Shown here in pieces: positions 35,227-46,053 of a stretch of 64,000 nucleotides of DNA. Each line of letters begins with the position of its first letter. The first letter of the stretch is position 1. The stretch spans positions 448,001 through 512,000 of the forward strand of contig CAVQUB010000015.1 of NCBI GenBank assembly GCA_963716725.1. Reading direction: 5' to 3'. The translations under genes and the position numbers were made by a program. The notes below the pieces were generated by a model that did no database searches, was not told the DNA's origin, and was given only the letters and a program-made list of their open reading frames with translations. The DNA is from an uncultured delta proteobacterium (lineage in GTDB: Bacteria > Myxococcota_A > Polyangia > Polyangiales > Polyangiaceae).

Positions 35227-37869
35227 TCAGGCGTGCTTGGCCGCGGCCTGCCGGTGTTTCTCGAAGACCTCGTCGGCCATGCCCTTGAGCTTCTGGGCTT
35301 CGCGCTGGATATCCGCGTTGTTCATGTAGTGCTCGCTGCCCATCACGTAGGCCGAGAAGGCGTAGTAGCTGCGAGCGACCTCGATCTCGTTGCCGATCTC
35401 CTTCGAGAGCGCCACCGAGCGCATGAAGTAGTCGATGGCCTTGCCCTCGTGTCCGGGCCCCCAGGCCCCGGCGGCGGTGACCTCACCCAAGGTGCGCAGC
35501 GCCACCGCCAAATGCGACTTGCTGCGGACCTGACCGAAGAGATCGACCGCGTGCTTGATGGCCTCCCGGGCCATGCGAAGCTCATTCTGCATCAGATACG
35601 CCTTGGCTAGCCCGCGCTTGGCTTCGGCGAGGTGCAGGTTGTCGCCCAGCTCATCGCACAGCTCCTCCGCCTGCTTGAGCACCCGAATGGCCTCGGTGGT
35701 GTCGCCGAGGCGATAGTGGGTCTCACCGATGTTGGTGAGCACGACGGCGAGGCGATTGCGCTCGCCGATTTCCCGGGCCACCTCGTAGGCCTCGCGGAAG
35801 AGCTGCAGCGCTTCGGGGTTGTCGTTGCGATCTTGGGCGAGCTTGCCCAAGTTGTTCAGGCTCTGCACGATGCCCAAGGGGTCGTTGATCTCGCGCCGGA
35901 GCTTGAGCGAGGCCTCCAGGGCCTCGGCGGCACTCTCGGGTTTGCCGTGGTCCATCCAGACCAGGCCAATGTTGTTGAACGAGAGGGCGATGCTGCGAAG
36001 ATCCTGGAGTTCTTTGCGGATTTCGAGGCCGATCTTCAGCTCGATCAGCGAGTCGTCGTACTCGCCCTTCATCCACAAACACTTGCCGATGTCGTCGTGA
36101 CAGGCGGCGATGCCTCGGCGATCGGCCGCGAGCTCGAAGAGCGCGAGGGCGGTCGTCAGATGCTGCTGCGCCACGCTCAACATGCCCGTGTCGCGGTGGA
36201 GCCGACCGATGCGGTTGTGAGCGGCACCGCCCTTGGCGCGCAGCGCCAGGCGATAGGCCAGTGAGAGCATCTCGCGGAAAGCGCTGAGCGCGTCGTCGGT
36301 CTTGCCCAGCAACGTGAGCACGTCGCCGTGATCGTGCAGCGCATCGATGCGCCGCCGCGCGTCGGAGTCTCCCAGCAGATCGAGCCCCTTGCTGTAGTAC
36401 TCGTTGGCTTTCTTCGCGGCGTAGCTGGCGCGGGCCAGATCCGCCGCTTCGAGGTAGGTGAGTCCGGCGCGAGCGAGCGCGCCGCCCTTCTCGAGGTGTT
36501 GCGCGAGCATGGCGCAGTACTCTTCCTGGGAGCGCACGCCGTCTTTCTGGGCCAGCCAGTCCGCCGTGGTCTGATGATAGCGGCGGGCAGCGGCGCCGCT
36601 GGTCAGCTGGGCGATCCGCTCGCGCTCCAGGTTGTGCTTGAAGACGTACTCGACCTCGCCCGAAAACGACGAGTCCGGGAGCTTCAGCACGTAGTCGCGG
36701 ACCACCAGACCGTCGAGCAGCGCTCGGCGTTCGTCCCAGTCCTTCATGTCCGCCTTGGTCCACAGCTCGGGCGCGGGTTTGTCCATGCGCATGAGCGCCA
36801 CCAGCGCGCCCAACCAGAACACGCTGCCCACCGCCGCGGCGTGCTCGAGCAGCATGCGCTCGTCGGCAGACAAGGCCGCGATGCGCGCCGAGACCGCGTC
36901 GGCGATGTTGAGCGGCAGCCGCGCGCCTGCCAGTTTCTCGAGGTTGACTTTCCACGACGGCTCCCGGGCAAGCGCGTCGCGTTCGTCGAGCACGCCGGTG
37001 TCGTGGTAGATGCGGACCATCTGCTCGAGCAGTCCGGGGTTGCCGCCGGCCATGCCCAGCGCGGCCTCGACCAGGGCGTCGGGAGGACCGCCTTGGCAAG
37101 GGGCGAGCAGGGCCTTCGCGAGGGCCTGCGCCTGCTCCTCGGGCAGCGCCGTCAGATCCACGCGCTGGTGACGCTCCCGACCGAAGGAGAACCAGTCCTC
37201 GTGCCTGGCGGAGATGTCTGGGCGCGTGGCGCAGAGCAGCAAGATGGGACCGGTGAGGTTTTCCATCAGGTACCGGAGCAGCTCGATGGAGTCGTCGTCG
37301 GCGAGGTGGAGATCTTCGAACACCAGGCAGATCGGGCCCTGCGCCGCGTCCCCCTCGACGAAGGCCTTGACGATGGATCGCCGCAGCAGCCGCGCCTGCA
37401 CCGGGTCGTCGGCCACGGCCTTGGTGAGCGGGCTGCCCAAGAAATCCAGGTCGATGAGCTGACCGAGGAAGTAGCAGACGTCGCCGACCTTGCGGTCTTC
37501 GAGCACGGTCGCGACTTGAGAGCGGACTTGGGCCTTTGCGGCCTCGGCGTCCATGCCCTCGACCAGCCCGAAGCGCGCCCTGAGGAGCCGGGCGAACACG
37601 CCGTAGGAGTTCTGGAGGCTGCGCGCGGAGCCCCGGTAGACCCGGGGGACCCGCCCGCCGGCCTCGCGCAGTTCGAGCAAAAACTCGTGGATCAGTCGGC
37701 TCTTGCCGATGCCGCTGGGCCCGCACAAGGTCACGATGCGAGCTTCCCCCGCCGTGCGCGCGGCGTCCGCGGCGCTTCGGAGGCTGGCCTTTTCCGCCTC
37801 GCGGCCCAGGAGCGGCGCCCGCAAGTCACTCACCCCGAATACGATTTCCGTCGCAGGCGCCTCATTCAT
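35227..37869 (-). CDS. AAA ATPase-TPR protein (STAND-like, no N-terminal effector)
   Basis: LLGREAE, GPSGIGKSRL, VFEDLHLAD, AGGNP, YVFKH; multiple TPRs (SLNNLGKL, VLTNIGETH). Confidence 0.88.
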   Translation of the reverse strand: MNEAPATEIVFGVSDLRAPLLGREAEKASLRSAADAARTAGEARIVTLCGPSGIGKSRLIHEFLLELREAGGRVPRVYRGSARSLQNSYGVFARLLRARFGLVEGMDAEAAKAQVRSQVATVLEDRKVGDVCYFLGQLIDLDFLGSPLTKAVADDPVQARLLRRSIVKAFVEGDAAQGPICLVFEDLHLADDDSIELLRYLMENLTGPILLLCATRPDISARHEDWFSFGRERHQRVDLTALPEEQAQALAKALLAPCQGGPPDALVEAALGMAGGNPGLLEQMVRIYHDTGVLDERDALAREPSWKVNLEKLAGARLPLNIADAVSARIAALSADERMLLEHAAAVGSVFWLGALVALMRMDKPAPELWTKADMKDWDERRALLDGLVVRDYVLKLPDSSFSGEVEYVFKHNLERERIAQLTSGAAARRYHQTTADWLAQKDGVRSQEEYCAMLAQHLEKGGALARAGLTYLEAADLARASYAAKKANEYYSKGLDLLGDSDARRRIDALHDHGDVLTLLGKTDDALSAFREMLSLAYRLALRAKGGAAHNRIGRLHRDTGMLSVAQQHLTTALALFELAADRRGIAACHDDIGKCLWMKGEYDDSLIELKIGLEIRKELQDLRSIALSFNNIGLVWMDHGKPESAAEALEASLKLRREINDPLGIVQSLNNLGKLAQDRNDNPEALQLFREAYEVAREIGERNRLAVVLTNIGETHYRLGDTTEAIRVLKQAEELCDELGDNLHLAEAKRGLAKAYLMQNELRMAREAIKHAVDLFGQVRSKSHLAVALRTLGEVTAAGAWGPGHEGKAIDYFMRSVALSKEIGNEIEVARSYYAFSAYVMGSEHYMNNADIQREAQKLKGMADEVFEKHRQAAAKHA

Positions 37870-38717
37870 CGCCGCGTAGTCTCGCGCCCTTTGTTCGGCT
37901 TCACAAGGGCGCGAGGGGCCGGGCTCGGGCGCGTGAGCGACGCCGGCTTCGTCGGCGGCTGCCCACGGGTCGGCGCCGGGATGCAGGTGCGTCCCTGCCG
38001 CGCCGGACAGGCGATCCGCACGTGGAAGTGGTCGTCGTGGACCTGACCGGCGCTGGGCTGCTTCATCGCCATGGCGGCCCGGTGCAGGACCGGCAGGTAG
38101 GTGCCTTTGGAGCGGGCGTGGGCGAGCAGCCGGGCCTTCACGCCGCTGGCGACGAAGATGTGCTCGACGCGCGCTCCAGGATCGGTGACCCACGCCTCGA
38201 CCAAGGCCCAGTTCCGCGCATCGTCGAAGCGATATTTCCGGTTTTCCAGCGCGATGCCCTTGGGATCCACCGTCATGAACTCCGACGGTGAGACGCTCTC
38301 CCCCTCGGGCCCAACGAACAGGAACGCCACGTCGGCGTCCCGGCCGCTCTCGTGGCTGCGATGCCCGGAGATCTCGCCGCCTTCGCGGCGGGAGAGGTCG
38401 CCGACGTGGACGGTCGCGCCCGCGAAGCGAGAGGCGATCCGCTTGGCCGATCGCTCGAGCATGCCGACCAGGGCGGGCAGTCCGTAGTTCGCCCCGTTGG
38501 GGTGGCGCAGCCGAATTTCCGGGCCGCTTTCCAGCGCGACCGCTCCCTCCAGCTTGCCGTCGGTGGGCGAGCCGATGCTGCGCGCGTCAACCACGACCGC
38601 GCGGCGCCCCGAGGCCGCACGTTTCGGAGCCGGCGCGATCGCGCTCTCGCGCGCGACCGAACCGGTCGAAATGCTCACGGCCGCCAAGAGCAGGAGCGTC
38701 GGCAATTCCCGGCGCAT
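37866..38717 (-). CDS. mepA: Penicillin-insensitive murein endopeptidase (MepA family)
   Basis: SIGSPTDGKL, VGDLSRREGG, HRSHESGRDAD, HDDHFHVRI. Confidence 0.85.
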   Translation of the reverse strand: MRRELPTLLLLAAVSISTGSVARESAIAPAPKRAASGRRAVVVDARSIGSPTDGKLEGAVALESGPEIRLRHPNGANYGLPALVGMLERSAKRIASRFAGATVHVGDLSRREGGEISGHRSHESGRDADVAFLFVGPEGESVSPSEFMTVDPKGIALENRKYRFDDARNWALVEAWVTDPGARVEHIFVASGVKARLLAHARSKGTYLPVLHRAAMAMKQPSAGQVHDDHFHVRIACPARQGRTCIPAPTRGQPPTKPASLTRPSPAPRALVKPNKGRETTRR

Positions 38718-38895
38718 GGCCCCTTAGCTAGTGGGACGGCGGGCATTGGGCCAAAATCCGAGGCCTCCGCCCGGAGCGCTGCGGCACGCAAAAAACCCCG
38801 GTTGCACGCTGGGGGCGCCTGTACGACGCTGCTGCCCACCAGATCCGCAGGGCATTCGGCCCGGCCACGCTGGTCTGATAGATTAACGCGCTCTC

Positions 38896-39747
38896 GTGTC
38901 CAGCCTCCCCGACAAGACTCCGGCCCAGGGCTTCTCCAACGAGAAGCGCTCCCTCGGCAAGGGCGTGTTCAAGAAATGCGGTGGGTGCTCGACGGTGCTC
39001 ACCGCCGAAGCGCTGTCCGAGTCCTGGCACGTCTGTTCGAGCTGCGGGTACCACCACCCAATGGCCCCGGCCGACTGGCGCCGGCTGCTGCTCGATGAGG
39101 CGGCGCTCGAACGTTGGGACGATCACGTGGCTCCCACCGACCCCCTGCGCTTCGACGACGGGAAGAAATACAGCGATCGCCTGGAGCGGGCGAAAAAACA
39201 AAGCGGGCAGACCGAGGCCATCGAGGTCGGGCGGGCTCGGATCGACGGACGGGTCATCGCCTACGGCTGCTACGTTTTCTCTTTCATGGGCGGCAGCATG
39301 GGCTCGGTCGTCGGCGAGCGAGTGACTCGGATGTTCGAGCGCGCTACGCAAGATCGCCTGCCCGTGGTGTTGCTGCACGCCTCCGGCGGCGCGCGCATGC
39401 AAGAGGGCATCCTCAGCTTGATGCAAATGGCGAAGTCCGTAGCCGCACTGGCTCGTTTCCGTAGCGTGAGGCAGCCTTACATCAGCCTTTGCCTGCACCC
39501 CACCACCGGCGGCGTCGCTGCGAGCACTGCGCTGCTCGGCGACGTCAACATCGTGGAGCCGAACGCGCTGATTGGATTCGCCGGCCCCCGGGTGATCGAG
39601 AGCACGCTTCGGACCACGCTGCCCGAAGGCTTCCAACGCTCCGAGTTCCTGCGAGACCATGGCATGGTGGACTCCATCGTTCCGCGATCTGAAATGAAAT
39701 CCACATTGAGCGTAGTGCTCCGACACTTGTCAGGAGGGCGCGCGTGA
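38896..39747 (+). CDS. accD: Acetyl-CoA carboxylase carboxyltransferase beta subunit
   Basis: C4 zinc finger, FMGGSMG, SGGARMQEG, PTTGGV, GFAGPRVIE, GFQRSEFL. Confidence 0.96.
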   Translation: MSSLPDKTPAQGFSNEKRSLGKGVFKKCGGCSTVLTAEALSESWHVCSSCGYHHPMAPADWRRLLLDEAALERWDDHVAPTDPLRFDDGKKYSDRLERAKKQSGQTEAIEVGRARIDGRVIAYGCYVFSFMGGSMGSVVGERVTRMFERATQDRLPVVLLHASGGARMQEGILSLMQMAKSVAALARFRSVRQPYISLCLHPTTGGVAASTALLGDVNIVEPNALIGFAGPRVIESTLRTTLPEGFQRSEFLRDHGMVDSIVPRSEMKSTLSVVLRHLSGGRA

Positions 39748-40982
39748 GCAGCACTCTCGCCGAGGTTCTTCCGCGTCTGTACGCCCTGGTGCCCAGGGGC
39801 AAGTCCCTGGGCCTCGAACGCATGGAAGCCGCCTGCGCGCGCTTCGGAAATCCCGAGCGCTCGTTCTCAGCCGTGCACGTCGCCGGGACCAACGGCAAGG
39901 GCACCGTCTCGGCCTTTGTCGCGTCCATCGCCCGCGCGTCGGGCAAGCGCGTCGGCCTCTACACCTCCCCTCACCTCGTTCGCTTCGCCGAGCGCATTCA
40001 GATCGACGGCGCGCTCATCGACGACGAGACGCTGGCGCGCGTGCTCGAGCGGGTCATGGACGAGGCGCCTGAACTCACCTTCTTCGAAGTCACGACGCTG
40101 GCCGCCTTTGTCGCTTTTCAGCAGGCTCAGGTCGAGATCGCGGTGATCGAGGTCGGGCTCGGCGGTCGCTTGGACGCCACCAACGTGATCCCGCCGCCAC
40201 GCGTGGCGGTGATCACGCGAGTGGCCTTCGATCACATCGAGGAGCTCGGTGACTCGTTGGCCAAGATCGCGACGGAGAAGGCCGGGATCATCAAGAAGGG
40301 CTCCACCGTGGTGGTCGGCAAGCTGCACCCAGACGCCCGCGACGTGGTGGAGCGGCGGGTCGCGCAGGTGGGCGCTCACCTGGTGGCGCTCAGCAACCCG
40401 GAGCCCATTCCCGGCGCGGCGTTGGCCTACCCGCGCTTCGCGATGTTCGGATCGAACCTGGCGGTGGCCGTCACGGCCGGGCAGGAGCTCGGGATCCCGC
40501 CTCGGACCATCGCCGACGGCATCGAAGCCGCGCAGTGGCCTGCGCGGAACGAACTCTTGCACCGCAATGGCCAGGAGCTGACCCTGCTCGATTGCGCCCA
40601 CAACCCCGACGGCACCGTGGCGCTGTCCCACGTGCTCGACCCGTCGACCCTTGGCGAGATCGAGAGCCGCCGGGACGTGGCGCTGGTCTTCGGCACGTTG
40701 AAGAAGAAGAGCTGGCGAGCGATGCTGCGCAGGCTCGAACAGTCCGCCGCCCACAAGTTCTTCGTCGCTCCTCCGCTGTCCGCGGACAAGGTCGCCGATC
40801 CCCACGAGATGGCCGCGGCCTTCGGCGGCACGGTCGCGCCCAACGTCGCCGAGGCGCTCAGTCTGGCTCGCGCCAAGGTCGGCCAGTCGGGGCTCGTGGT
40901 GGTGACCGGGTCCATCTACCTGGTGGGTGCAGCTCGCGCCCAACTCTTGAGCGTTCCATCGGATCCTCCCGTGGACATGTGA
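39744..40982 (+). CDS. folC: Folylpolyglutamate synthase/dihydrofolate synthase
   Basis: HVAGTNGKG, YTSPHL, EVGLGGRLDATN, DCAHNPDG, TGSIYLVG. Confidence 0.95.
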   Translation: MSSTLAEVLPRLYALVPRGKSLGLERMEAACARFGNPERSFSAVHVAGTNGKGTVSAFVASIARASGKRVGLYTSPHLVRFAERIQIDGALIDDETLARVLERVMDEAPELTFFEVTTLAAFVAFQQAQVEIAVIEVGLGGRLDATNVIPPPRVAVITRVAFDHIEELGDSLAKIATEKAGIIKKGSTVVVGKLHPDARDVVERRVAQVGAHLVALSNPEPIPGAALAYPRFAMFGSNLAVAVTAGQELGIPPRTIADGIEAAQWPARNELLHRNGQELTLLDCAHNPDGTVALSHVLDPSTLGEIESRRDVALVFGTLKKKSWRAMLRRLEQSAAHKFFVAPPLSADKVADPHEMAAAFGGTVAPNVAEALSLARAKVGQSGLVVVTGSIYLVGAARAQLLSVPSDPPVDM

Positions 40983-40989
40983 GGTCGCC

Positions 40990-41475
40990 ATGCCGTCGTT
41001 CGACGTCGTTTCCAAGGTGGCCTGGGCCGAAGTGATGAATGCCCTCGACCAAGCGTCGCGGGAAGTGGCCCAGCGCTTCGATTTCAAGGACACCGAGACC
41101 AGCCTCGAGAAGACCGACGAGGGCATCGTGGTCCGCGCCAACAGCGACGACCGCGCCCGCGCGGCCATCGGGGTATTGCAAGAGAAGCTGATCCGCCGAA
41201 AAGTGAGCCTCAAGCACCTCGACGTCGGTGAGCCCACTCCCGGCCCCAAGGGCTCTGCCCGCATCTTGGCGAAGGTCAAAGAAGGCATCGAGCAAGAGAA
41301 GTCGAAGCAGATCATCAAGCTCATCAAGGACAAGAAGCTCAAAGTCCAGGCCTCGATTCAAGGTGACGCCGTGCGCGTCAGCGGCAAGAAGCGGGACGAT
41401 CTGCAGGAGGTGATCGCGGTCCTCCGGGCCGAAGACTTCGGCATAGAGCTCAGCTACGAGAACTTCAGGGATTGA
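40990..41475 (+). CDS. yajQ: YajQ family nucleotide/c-di-GMP-binding protein
   Basis: [40 protein letters not shown]. Confidence 0.95.
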   Translation: MPSFDVVSKVAWAEVMNALDQASREVAQRFDFKDTETSLEKTDEGIVVRANSDDRARAAIGVLQEKLIRRKVSLKHLDVGEPTPGPKGSARILAKVKEGIEQEKSKQIIKLIKDKKLKVQASIQGDAVRVSGKKRDDLQEVIAVLRAEDFGIELSYENFRD

Positions 41476-41477
41476 GC

Positions 41478-42845
41478 ATGAATCCCCGCAAGCTCTTCGG
41501 GACCGACGGCATCCGTGGCAAGGCCAACCTGCCGCCCATGACCCCAGAGTTGGTGATCCGCCTCGGTCGCGCCATCACCTTGGTGGCGCGGCGTGACGCT
41601 GGGCGGGCACCCCGCATCGTGATCGGCAAGGATACGCGCCTCTCGGGCTACATGCTCGAGACCGCGCTCGAGGCTGGCATCTGCGCCATGGGCGGGCGCG
41701 TGCTGCTCACCGGCCCCATGCCCACCCCCGCTGTGGCGAACCTCACCCAGAGCATGCGCGCGGACGCGGGTGTGGTCATCAGCGCCAGCCACAACCCCTA
41801 CGACGACAACGGGATCAAGATCTTCGGCCCCGACGGCTTCAAGCTCGCCGACGAGCGAGAGGCCGAGATCGAGCGGCTGCTCGACGATCCGGCGCTGGAT
41901 CAGCGCCCCTGTACGGGGGAACGCATCGGGCGCGCCGAACGCATCGACGACGCCACCGGTCGCTACATCGTCTACGCCAAGAACGCCTTCCCCAAGGAGC
42001 TCACGCTCAACGGCCTCAAGGTCGTGATCGACGCCGCCCACGGCGCGGCGTACCGGGTGGCGCCGTTGGTGTTCAGTGAGCTTGGCGCCGAGGTCAGCGC
42101 CATTGGGGTGACCCCGAACGGCCGAAACATCAACAAGGCCTGCGGCGCCATGCACACGGCCGCGATGGTGCGGGAGGTCCTGAAGCGCGGCGCGCAGATC
42201 GGGATCGCCCTCGATGGCGACGCCGATCGCGTGATCATCGCCGACGAGCGGGGCCGGATCGTCGACGGCGACGCCATCATGGCTCTCTGCGCCACGCGCA
42301 TGCTCTCCGCCGGCAAGCTCGCGCAGCAGACCGTGGTGGCCACGGTGATGAGCAACATGGGCCTCGATCGGGCGCTGGCGCCCCTGGGAGGTCGGGTCGA
42401 GCGGACCGCGGTCGGCGATCGCTACGTGGTCGAGCGCATGCGCCAGAAGGGCTTCAACTTTGGCGGCGAGCAGAGCGGGCACCTGGTGTTTCTCGAGCAC
42501 GCGACCACCGGTGACGGCGTGATCGGCGCGTTGCAGGTCTTGGCCATCATGGTGGCCGAGGGCCGGCCGCTCTCGGAGCTCGCCCACGTGATGGAGCGCG
42601 TGCCGCAGGTCTTGGAGAACGTGGACTTGCCGGGGCGCCGCCCGATCGCGGAGATGCCGGGGCTCAGCCGCGAGATCCAGCGGGTCGAGGCCGAGCTCGG
42701 CCGAGAGGGACGCGTGCTCGTGCGCTGGAGCGGGACCGAAGCCAAGCTCCGGTTGATGGTCGAAGGACCCGACATGGGCCGCCTCGAGGCCGTGGTTCGA
42801 ACCATGGCCGACGCGGCGCGCTCGGACATGGGCGTCGGCGAGTGA
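41478..42845 (+). CDS. glmM: Phosphoglucosamine mutase
   Basis: [44 protein letters not shown]. Confidence 0.96.
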   Translation: MNPRKLFGTDGIRGKANLPPMTPELVIRLGRAITLVARRDAGRAPRIVIGKDTRLSGYMLETALEAGICAMGGRVLLTGPMPTPAVANLTQSMRADAGVVISASHNPYDDNGIKIFGPDGFKLADEREAEIERLLDDPALDQRPCTGERIGRAERIDDATGRYIVYAKNAFPKELTLNGLKVVIDAAHGAAYRVAPLVFSELGAEVSAIGVTPNGRNINKACGAMHTAAMVREVLKRGAQIGIALDGDADRVIIADERGRIVDGDAIMALCATRMLSAGKLAQQTVVATVMSNMGLDRALAPLGGRVERTAVGDRYVVERMRQKGFNFGGEQSGHLVFLEHATTGDGVIGALQVLAIMVAEGRPLSELAHVMERVPQVLENVDLPGRRPIAEMPGLSREIQRVEAELGREGRVLVRWSGTEAKLRLMVEGPDMGRLEAVVRTMADAARSDMGVGE

Positions 42846-43525
42846 GCCTGATCGTCGCCAAGGACCTGACACGTTCCTTCGGTGTCGGCGAAGCGGAGCG
42901 CCGGGCGGTGGACGGCGTGTCACTCGAGGTCGACACGGGGGAGATCTTGCTCATCTTTGGCCCCAGTGGCTGCGGCAAGAGCACTCTCTTGTCGATCGTG
43001 GGCGGGCTCGACCGCAGCTTTGCGGGGACCCTCTCGCTCTTCGGGCGGGACGTGGCGGCGCTGCCGGACGCGGAGCTGTCGCGCCTGCGGGGTGAGAAGA
43101 TCGGCTTCGTGTTCCAGGCCTTTCATCTGCTTGGGCACCTCTCGGTGCTCGAGAACGTGATGGCGCCGGCGCTGTTCTCCCGAGAGGCAGAGGGCGAGGC
43201 GCGGGTGAAGGAGCGCGCCGAGACGGTCCTCGAACGCGTCGGGCTCGCCGATCGCCTGGCCTCGCTCCCCGGGTCGCTCTCGGGTGGGCAACGCCAGCGG
43301 GTGGCCATCGCGCGTTCGCTCTTGCACGAGCCCGAGTTGCTGCTCTGCGACGAGCCGACGGGCAACCTCGATCGGGCCACCGGGGAGCAGATCATCGAGC
43401 TGTTTTCGGCGTTGCACGCCGAACTGCGGACGACCATGGTGATCGTCACCCACGAAGAGCGGCTGTCGCGCTTGGCCCACCGCACCCTCGACATGGTCGA
43501 CGGCAGGCTCGAGGTCGAAGCATGA
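42842..43525 (+). CDS. ABC transporter ATP-binding protein
   Basis: [27 protein letters not shown]. Confidence 0.93.
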   Translation: MSLIVAKDLTRSFGVGEAERRAVDGVSLEVDTGEILLIFGPSGCGKSTLLSIVGGLDRSFAGTLSLFGRDVAALPDAELSRLRGEKIGFVFQAFHLLGHLSVLENVMAPALFSREAEGEARVKERAETVLERVGLADRLASLPGSLSGGQRQRVAIARSLLHEPELLLCDEPTGNLDRATGEQIIELFSALHAELRTTMVIVTHEERLSRLAHRTLDMVDGRLEVEA

Positions 43526-44904
43526 GGGCGGCGTCCCTCGCCAAGATCGTGCGCGGGGAGCTCCGGCGTACGCGCGGGCCGCTGGTCACTGCGGGCTTCG
43601 GCATCGCCGTGGGTGTGGCTTCGCTGGTGTTCTTCCTGTCCCTCGGGCTCGGGGCGCGCAAGGTGCTGCTCGGCGACGTCTTCCCCATCGACCAGATCGA
43701 GCTCGAGCCGAAGAAGACCAGCGCCGGGTTGATCTCGCTCCTGGGCGGGCCCCACGAGCCGGCGGGCATCGACGCCCAGAGCGTTGAGCGGCTGAAGGCC
43801 CAGCCGGGCGTGAAGGAGGTCTTCCCCAAGCTCCGCTTTCGCTTCCCGAGCATGGCCCGAGGGGGCAAAGAGCTCCTGGGCAAGGAGATCGGGACCCACG
43901 AGATGGTCGGTGATGGCATCGATCCTGCCCTGGTCGCCGGCACGATCCCTGACTTTCAGGATCCCCTCGAGACGCCGGGGGCAGAGTGCACCACCGACGA
44001 CGACTGCAAGGCGCCGCAGTACTGCGAGCGGCCGAGCGGGACTCCCCGTGGACAGTGCTCGGCTCCGGTCCCCGCCCTGGTCAGCCGCTACCTGGTCGAG
44101 CTCTTCGACCACGCGGTCGCGCCGGCTCACGGGCTGCCGCCGGTTGCGGAGACCCTGATCGGCCGGGCGCAGGGCGTGGCCTTCGAGATGACCCTCGGCA
44201 ATTCGCTCCTGGGCGTGGCGCGGCACGGTGAGCAGCGCAAGGTCCGTGTGAAGGTCGTCGGCATCTCGCCGAAGGCCATCGATCTGGGCGTGACGCTGCC
44301 GGTCGAGGTCGTGCGGCGCTGGAACCGCGAGTACGCCGGCGAGGCCGCGGCGTCGCGCTACTCGAGCCTGGTCGTCCGCGTGAGCGGCGCCGGGGACACT
44401 GGGCACGTGATTGACGCTGCGGCGGGGCTGGGTCTGGTTCCCCACGACACGCGTGCCCGCGACGTGAGCGTGCTCATCTCCGGGGTGCTCGCGATCTTGG
44501 TGCTCGTGGCCTCGGTGATCTTGGCGGTGGCCGCCGCGAACATCACGCACACCTTCCGCATGTTGGTCGGCGAACGCCAACACGAGATTGGCCTCTACCG
44601 GGCGCTGGGCGCCAGCGCCCGCGACATCCGGATCTGGTTTGCGTCGTTGGCGTTGGTGATCGGCACTCTGGCCGGCCTCGGCGGGGCCGTGGTGGCGCGA
44701 GCGGGCGCCGCCCTCGCCGACTGGCGGGCGGCCAAGGATCTTCCCGACTTTCCCTTCAAGCCCGACTCGTTCTTCGTGTTCCCGTGGTGGTTCTGGCTGC
44801 TCGCCGTCGCCTTTGCGTCGGTCTTCGCGCTGCTCGGTGCCTTGGGGCCGGCTCGCCGGGCGTCGAACACCGATCCGGCCGAGGCCTTGAGTCGCGACCG
44901 CTGA
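43522..44904 (+). CDS. ABC transporter permease (MacB/FtsX family) with a periplasmic Cys-rich insert
   Basis: ERQHEIGLYRALGAS, PARRASNTDPAEAL; insert CTTDDDC...YC...QC. Confidence 0.88.
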   Translation: MRAASLAKIVRGELRRTRGPLVTAGFGIAVGVASLVFFLSLGLGARKVLLGDVFPIDQIELEPKKTSAGLISLLGGPHEPAGIDAQSVERLKAQPGVKEVFPKLRFRFPSMARGGKELLGKEIGTHEMVGDGIDPALVAGTIPDFQDPLETPGAECTTDDDCKAPQYCERPSGTPRGQCSAPVPALVSRYLVELFDHAVAPAHGLPPVAETLIGRAQGVAFEMTLGNSLLGVARHGEQRKVRVKVVGISPKAIDLGVTLPVEVVRRWNREYAGEAAASRYSSLVVRVSGAGDTGHVIDAAAGLGLVPHDTRARDVSVLISGVLAILVLVASVILAVAAANITHTFRMLVGERQHEIGLYRALGASARDIRIWFASLALVIGTLAGLGGAVVARAGAALADWRAAKDLPDFPFKPDSFFVFPWWFWLLAVAFASVFALLGALGPARRASNTDPAEALSRDR

Positions 44905-44949
44905 TTCTGGGCCCATCGGCCCGGCATCGCGTAAGGCCTGTTGCGTCCC

Positions 44950-46044
44950 ATGCCTGATGCGCTCTCTCTGCCCCGCCTCTGCGGCCAGCTCCTGGTCGTC
45001 GGATTCTCGGGGACGAGCTTGCCGTCGGAGGTTCACGCTTGGCTGGCGGACGGTCGACTGGGCGGCATCATCGTGTTCAAGCGCAACCTGCCCAGCCTGG
45101 AGGTCGCACACGCCCTCAATCACGAGACGGTCGCGGTCTCGCAGCCCGATCTGCCGCCCTTCATCGCCGTGGACCAGGAAGGCGGACGCGTGGCTCGCCT
45201 GCCCTCGCCGTTCCTGAAGCTGCCGCCCATGCGACAGCTCGGAGCGCTGGGCGACGACGCGCTGGTGCGTCGGATCGGCGCCGTGCTCGGCAGCGAGCTC
45301 GGCAAGCTCGGCTACAACCTCGACTTTGCGCCGGTCCTCGACGTCGATTCGAATCCCGACAACCCGGTGATCGGCGATCGCGCCTTTTCGGCCGATCCCG
45401 CCGAGGTCGCTCGGCTCGCCGGCGCGCTGATCGACGGCCTTCAGGCCGAAGGCGTGATGGCCTGCGGCAAGCACTTCCCTGGCCACGGCGACACTCACCT
45501 CGACAGCCACCTGGATCTTCCCTACGTGCGCCACAGCGAAGAGCGACTGCGCAGCGTGGAGCTTCCGCCCTTCCGCGAGGCCGCGGCCCGCGGAGTCGCG
45601 ACGCTGATGACCGCCCACGTGGTCTACGAAGCGCTGGACCCAGATCGCACCGCGACCCAGAGCCCGCGCATCTCGACCGCACTGCTCCGAGACGAACTCG
45701 GCTTCGACGGCGTGCTCTTCAGCGACGATCTCGAGATGCGCGCTCTGGCCGATCGCATGAGCGTCGAGGACAGCTCGGTGGGCGCGATCCGCGCGGGTTG
45801 CGACGTGCTCTTGGTGTGCAGCGATCTCGCTCTCGCGGAGCGTGCGCACGTTGCGCTGGTGCGCGAGGCCGAGCGCGACGCTGGCTTTCGTGCGCGCTGT
45901 CTCCAGGCCGCGAGGCGCGGACTCGCCGCGCGCCGGCGGTTCCCGCCGCGGCCCGCCGCGGACCTCTCGGATGTGGGCAGCGCCCTGGCGAGGGAGCTGG
46001 AGGCGTCGATCGCCAAGAGGCTTCAGACCGTGACCCGCGCGTGA
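44950..46044 (+). CDS. nagZ: Beta-N-acetylhexosaminidase (GH3)
   Basis: AVDQEGGRV, FAPVLD, IGDRAF, KHFPGHGDTHLDSH, MTAHV, SDDLEM. Confidence 0.95.
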   Translation: MPDALSLPRLCGQLLVVGFSGTSLPSEVHAWLADGRLGGIIVFKRNLPSLEVAHALNHETVAVSQPDLPPFIAVDQEGGRVARLPSPFLKLPPMRQLGALGDDALVRRIGAVLGSELGKLGYNLDFAPVLDVDSNPDNPVIGDRAFSADPAEVARLAGALIDGLQAEGVMACGKHFPGHGDTHLDSHLDLPYVRHSEERLRSVELPPFREAAARGVATLMTAHVVYEALDPDRTATQSPRISTALLRDELGFDGVLFSDDLEMRALADRMSVEDSSVGAIRAGCDVLLVCSDLALAERAHVALVREAERDAGFRARCLQAARRGLAARRRFPPRPAADLSDVGSALARELEASIAKRLQTVTRA

Positions 46045-46053
46045 CAGTCGCGG

